From the human T2T-CHM13v2.0 reference genome, Homo sapiens, in the NCBI RefSeq assembly GCF_009914755.1, contig NC_060939.1: a DNA stretch of 64,000 bases; one strand, given 5' to 3'. Below are positions 58,882 to 64,000 of the stretch, piece after piece. Position numbers and translations under genes: made by a program. The notes beneath the pieces are model-generated. The model did no database searches, was not told the origin of the DNA, and was given only the letters and a program-made list of their open reading frames with translations. The stretch's first letter is position 1. The number at the start of each line of letters is the position of its first letter.

Positions 58882-61084
58882 TGATTATCTGCATCAAGCT
58901 ACTGAGTAAGGAACTACAGGGCTGGGAAGCCTGCATGTAGGAGGGAGTTGATGTTAGTCCAGGCAAACTCCACCGGTAAGCCATATGGCCTTCCCTAGCT
59001 GCAAGGAGAAGGCTGGGGGGTCTCATCCAGTTACATGCCTAGGAAGAAGAATAAACAGTTTTCATGAAAAACTAAACTAGTCTCTACCAGAGGGTCAGGA
59101 GAACAGAAGAGATGTGAAAAAGAAAAGGAGATTCTAAAGAACAGAATTTAGGGAAGGCAGAATTCACATAAAGGCAGAGAGGATGAAAGAGGAAACAGAA
59201 ACCAGGGCAACCCAGCAGCGTTCAAAGCGACAGAACTCCGAGTGATTTTTGCAGGCATCTTGTAAAGTTCTCACCACATGCACAGCAACAAATAAGGTGA
59301 ATCTTCCAGAGGATAATGGATCATCAGAGAGTACACAGCGATCCGTGGTAGCTAAGGCCATCAGCACCACAGGAGATAAACTGATAACACAGTAGCTAAA
59401 AGCCCCCAAAATTAGGCCCAACAATTTCAGTTCAGCTAAGATATTCATCAAAAAGTCTGCATTCCTGGTGCAAACCAGCTTTATGAATTGGTGGCTGCGA
59501 GCTGCATTCAAAAGTAGGTTGGATGTTTTTTGGCCAATAGCATGATTTAAACATTGGAAAAAGTCAAATGAGCAATGCGAATTTTTATGTTCTCTTGAAT
59601 AATCAAAAGAGTAGGCAACATTGGTTCCTCATTCTTGAATAGCATTAATCAGAAAATATTGCATAGCCTCTAGCCTCCTTAGAGTAGGTGTGCTCTCTCA
59701 AATATATCATAGTCCCACAGTTTATTTCATGTATATTTTCTGCCTGAATCACATAGACATTTGAATTTGCAACGCCTGATGTAAATATATAAATTCTTAC
59801 CAATCAGAAACATAGCAAGAATTCAGGGACTTGGTCATTATCAGGGTATGACAGCAATCCCTGTAGAACACTGATACACACTCACACATGTATGCAACGT
59901 GAGATGTCGCTTTATGTTTACTCAAGCATCTGTTTTCTGTAATGAATTATGAATTATTTTGAAAGCAGGGCTCAGAGTACTTGGCCCATAGTAGGTGCTC
60001 AGTTAAGGCCATTACAGCAAGTTTATAACCAAAGGAATCACTTGAAATGATAATCAAGAGAATACTGCAAAAGGTACTGAAGTAACACCCCTGACTAGAA
60101 TCAGATCCTACCAACTGTCTAGATCCAGAGCCCAGGTAGAAACTGATACCCCTGAGTGTGTCAGTGTACATGCTTACCAACACAGCAGAGAGAGAAAGAA
60201 AAACATGAGGACGGGAGACAACACATGAAAGATAAATGGTGACAAAAAGGACTACTAAAAAAGATTTAAGAGGTCATTGGCAAAGGTAACCTTGCCTGAG
60301 TGGTGTCCTGCCTGAAATGGTCACTCTGGAAGCTGTGGGTGAATAAGCCATTCCAGCATCACTCCTCTCCAACCCCATCGAAAACCTCCAAAGATCTAGA
60401 GACCTGTGCAGCAACACTTAGAGGTTCCCAAAGAGACCAGAAAACACCAATGCCACCTATTGGAGGAAATTCCTTAAGTGGCTTAGCGAATGGTTTCATT
60501 AACCACTACTTATCTACATTGTAGTTAAGCAAAGTTTGATTGGGTAGAATGGAATTGAAAGGAACTGAATTGACTTTACTGAGAGCAACTTAGGTAGCAG
60601 ATATCCTGGCCCTCCATAAGCTCTATGCAAAGGGCTTGGCCCTTCAGAAGGCACCAGGAATTACCCAAATCAATCAAGTACATAAACAAGTCTCACAGGG
60701 ATGATTAATCCTTGTTGAGAAGATGCCACGGGATAAATGATGTGCCAACAATTCTACGGGAACTCTAATAGTTAACCATACAGGGAGACAGAGGCTCTGA
60801 CATGGGCTGCCAGACCAGGCAGATCGGGAAATGCTGGCAAGGTAGCTGGTAGGACCAGGCATGTCTGGGCTCAGCACAAAGATGTTAGCTTAGCCTCCTG
60901 ATATTTTTCTTGGACAATAATGAAAGTCTTGCTGGATGTATCTTTCTATTCCCTGTCATGCTAAAACTCTCCTTTTGACTCTCCTAGTTTTCCAAAAGGA
61001 AGAGAGGCAAAGTTGCTGTTTTCTGACCTTTTCTGGGAAAACTAATGCAGAGTCCTGGTAATTTTCAGGATCTGACAGTAGTTT

Positions 61085-61400
61085 CACTCATTGATTCAAT
61101 CAAGGTCTATTTATTGGCAATCTACAGCAATGTAAGTGTTAGATGTAAAGTAATAATAAAGATGTGGTATTTACTCTCATAGAGCTTACTCTCTATTTTG
61201 GGAGAAAGACAGTAAATAAGTACACATATATCTTCACTAATTGTGATAAGTGTTTTGCAGAAAATGAGTATGGTGTGTGTGTAGAAAATTACAAACCATG
61301 CTGGTAGCTTAAAGGCTTTTAGAAAAACACTAAGACCTGAAGGAAAGAGGGATCTGGCCAGAAGAGCAGCTAGGAAGATTGTTCCAGGCAGGGAAGCAGC
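61085..61400 (-). mobile_element. L2 3' remnant
   Basis: 'cactcattgattcaa...tatttattgg..atctac', 'actctcatagagcttactctctat..gggaga.agaca', 'gttccaggcaggga'. Confidence 0.6.
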
Positions 61401-62756
61401 CTGAGAAATCCTCAGGAGTCTGGGAGTCCACCAGGAGAAAACACCAAGAGCCTGACCCCAGAGCAGATGTGCACACTTGAGGGTTGCACAGCCTGGCCTG
61501 AAAGTGAACTGGAAGAAAAGGAAAGAAAATTAATTTGAGGCATGTATGTAACCCTCAGGTGTTAGGGTCCTTCATGGGTTTCTGGGTAAGGCAGAATGGC
61601 ACAGAGCCAACCAGAACCCATGATCAGCTTACCCTCACATAGAAAAGCCACTGTGCCTGCTCAAATGAACACACAAAGCATCCTTCTCACGCCCAGAGGA
61701 GAAACATGGGTCAGAACCAGCCCTGCTGGAGGCAGCTGGGAGGATTTTTGTCTTGTTCCTCACACAGCAGCCAGTCACAAGGTGCTCAAACGGAATTTAA
61801 AGGGTGCTGGCTGCGCTGTGGAACAAATGCTCACAGCTAGAATCAGCAGCAGGGGTAGGCAACTGGCAGAAGCACACCTGCCCACGGCTGGCCCAGCTGA
61901 AAAGTTTAGGGTAGGAAATGGGTTTGAGAGCCAGGTAGTTTATTATTGGGTCACAAGTTCACATACGAAAAATATAAACAGACATCCAGACCGGGAGGCT
62001 TTTAACAATGGACAAGGTTCATCCTTTTGGTCTGGCAACCTTCAGAGGCATCGTTCTGAGCCATTTCCTTTACAGTCCAAGGAGACTGAAGGGAGAGATT
62101 CATTCTCATTGCTATGATTATCTCCTACGTAGATGCCCTCAGGCACTGGATGTATTTTAGTTTTGTTCTATTAGAAGTAAATAAATTTGTTTAAGGGTAA
62201 TATAGCATGTCAAAGGGTCACCTATGTGGTAATTGCAGGCCAATAGGATCAGGTCCCTTTGAAAAAATGTTAAGGAAGGCCTTTCTAAAGGGTAGGAGGT
62301 TAGGGGGATACCTTGAAAAACTCTAAATCAACAGCTTGTTTAGTTTGGCATTTGCTAAAAAGCACTGACTCTCTCTGGCAAAATTTGGACATAAATTCAG
62401 TGTTATTCACGTACAGATTGAGCCGAGTAACTAAACTTAGACCCAGAGCTTTCCATTCTCCCTGATTTAGGTTTTGTTGCAGAAATAGAGGCTCATGACA
62501 TGAGCCAGGGTGCACACACATATCCAGCCCATGTCATTTTGCATATGAGTTAAATCTAGCCAGAATCCAATGGAAGGTCTGCTTGGCTAGGTCAGAACGA
62601 ACTTTGATCAAGCCTGTATCTCCCCAACTGTTCAGATTTGTTTGATATTTATTTATTTGTACGAGTTATTTCTGCAACAGGAGACCTTTCAACAAAATTT
62701 CTATATCTCTGTCAGAGATTATTCTCCCCATTTCCACCACCTGTATATTTATCAAT

Positions 62757-62782
62757 ATGTGTCTGTATGTGTTTGTCTGTCT

Positions 62783-62819
<37 letters not shown>

Positions 62820-62912
62820 TGTATGCCTTTGTGTGTGTATCTGTATGTGTCTATGTGTGTCTGTGTCTATATATGTGTATGTGTTGGGGTGTGTGTGTGT
62901 GTGTGTGTATAT
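62757..62912 (+). repeat. Compound (TG)n microsatellite
   Basis: Read directly; this explains the Cys/Val-rich ORFs here. Confidence 0.95.
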
Positions 62913-63019
62913 ACTGAAACTGAAAAACACCTCACCACTCAGGCCCAGCAGTGATGAGGTTTTGAAGTAGGCATCTTTCATCCATAACAGTCCACAAACA
63001 GACTGAGGCAGAAACTTAC

Positions 63020-63171
63020 CAAATGTTTGGCTTAGTCCCTCTGAGGTGATGAAAACATCATTTTTTACGAACTTTAAGAGCAGTGGAAAGGCTTTCCACA
63101 GAGTGATAACATAACCCTGAACATGTCAGCATATGCAATTTTTCAAGTCCTGACGTCTCTTCTCTGCAATT
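63020..63171 (-). other. Candidate 152-nt minus-strand exon
   Basis: Acceptor ttatattcctgtctAG and donor ttg/GTAAGT. Confidence 0.3.
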
Positions 63172-63437
63172 CTAGACAGGAATATAATGTGGCAGCAGGA
63201 CGACTCCTGCAGTGAACACAAAGGGCACTGAACTCCTAACGCTTTTCCCCAGTGGCAAGCAGCAATGGAGAAATCAGGGTTCCATCCTCTCTGCCCATAG
63301 CCTTCTAGCTCAAGAAAATATTTAGATCAAAGACCCACTTGTCACATTTTGAGATATTGCAAGTTATCCTCACTTGCCTAACTAAGCATGCCTAACTCTG
63401 GAGACTGGGAAGGGGATGATGGGGAAGGTAATGATGA

Positions 63438-63771
<334 letters not shown>

Positions 63772-64000
63772 TGAGATTTGTCATAAGACCTGCCAAGACA
63801 AGGGAAAGCTTGTTATGTATTCCCTTTCTCTCACAAAACAGCTCTTCAGTGAGTCCCACATGGTCACTTATTTGATCAACAAACATTCATTATGTGTCAG
63901 ACACTGAGGATGAATAGGACAGAATTTGCAATGTCAGAAACAGGGATATTGGTCAGGGTGGCTTTTGAGCGGTCCCTGGAGTCAAGACTCCTCACAGTTC

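Noticed and set aside
59164-59511. 115-aa hydrophobic minus-strand ORF resembling a membrane microprotein
   Set aside because: It has a non-ATG start and no recognisable homology. The hydrophobicity follows from the T-rich strand. Ribo-seq or PhyloCSF would be needed.
61596-62117. Longest ORF (173 aa)
   Set aside because: No recognisable domain or family similarity and no supporting gene structure. One such ORF in 64 kb is compatible with chance.

Overview
This is primate (most likely human) genomic DNA that is AT-rich, CpG-poor and dense in repeats. I recognise no protein-coding gene. The long ORFs in the track are L1 ORF2 fragments, Alu or microsatellite translations, or chance ORFs. The window holds about 12 Alus, several L1s of very different ages, MaLR/ERVL solo LTRs, MIR/L2/MER fragments and microsatellites. 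The best observations are: (1) one TSD-bounded insertion at 41375-42090 in which a 46-nt U2 snRNA fragment lies antisense, fused to the 5' end of a truncated L1PA, with microhomology at both junctions, as expected for twin priming on two different RNAs; (2) a classic 5'-inverted (twin-primed) L1PA at 10423-11764; (3) a ~435-bp, ~94% identical direct repeat of apparently non-TE sequence, with copies about 2 kb apart (31874-32307 and 33909-34343); (4) two MaLR LTRs inserted tail-to-tail 9 bp apart beside a GATA microsatellite; (5) several well-formed minus-strand splice-site pairs that may be exons of a non-coding or UTR transcript (unverified). I see no evidence of a wholly new multi-gene system. 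Subfamily names come from recalled diagnostic sequence, and the boundaries of old repeats are approximate.
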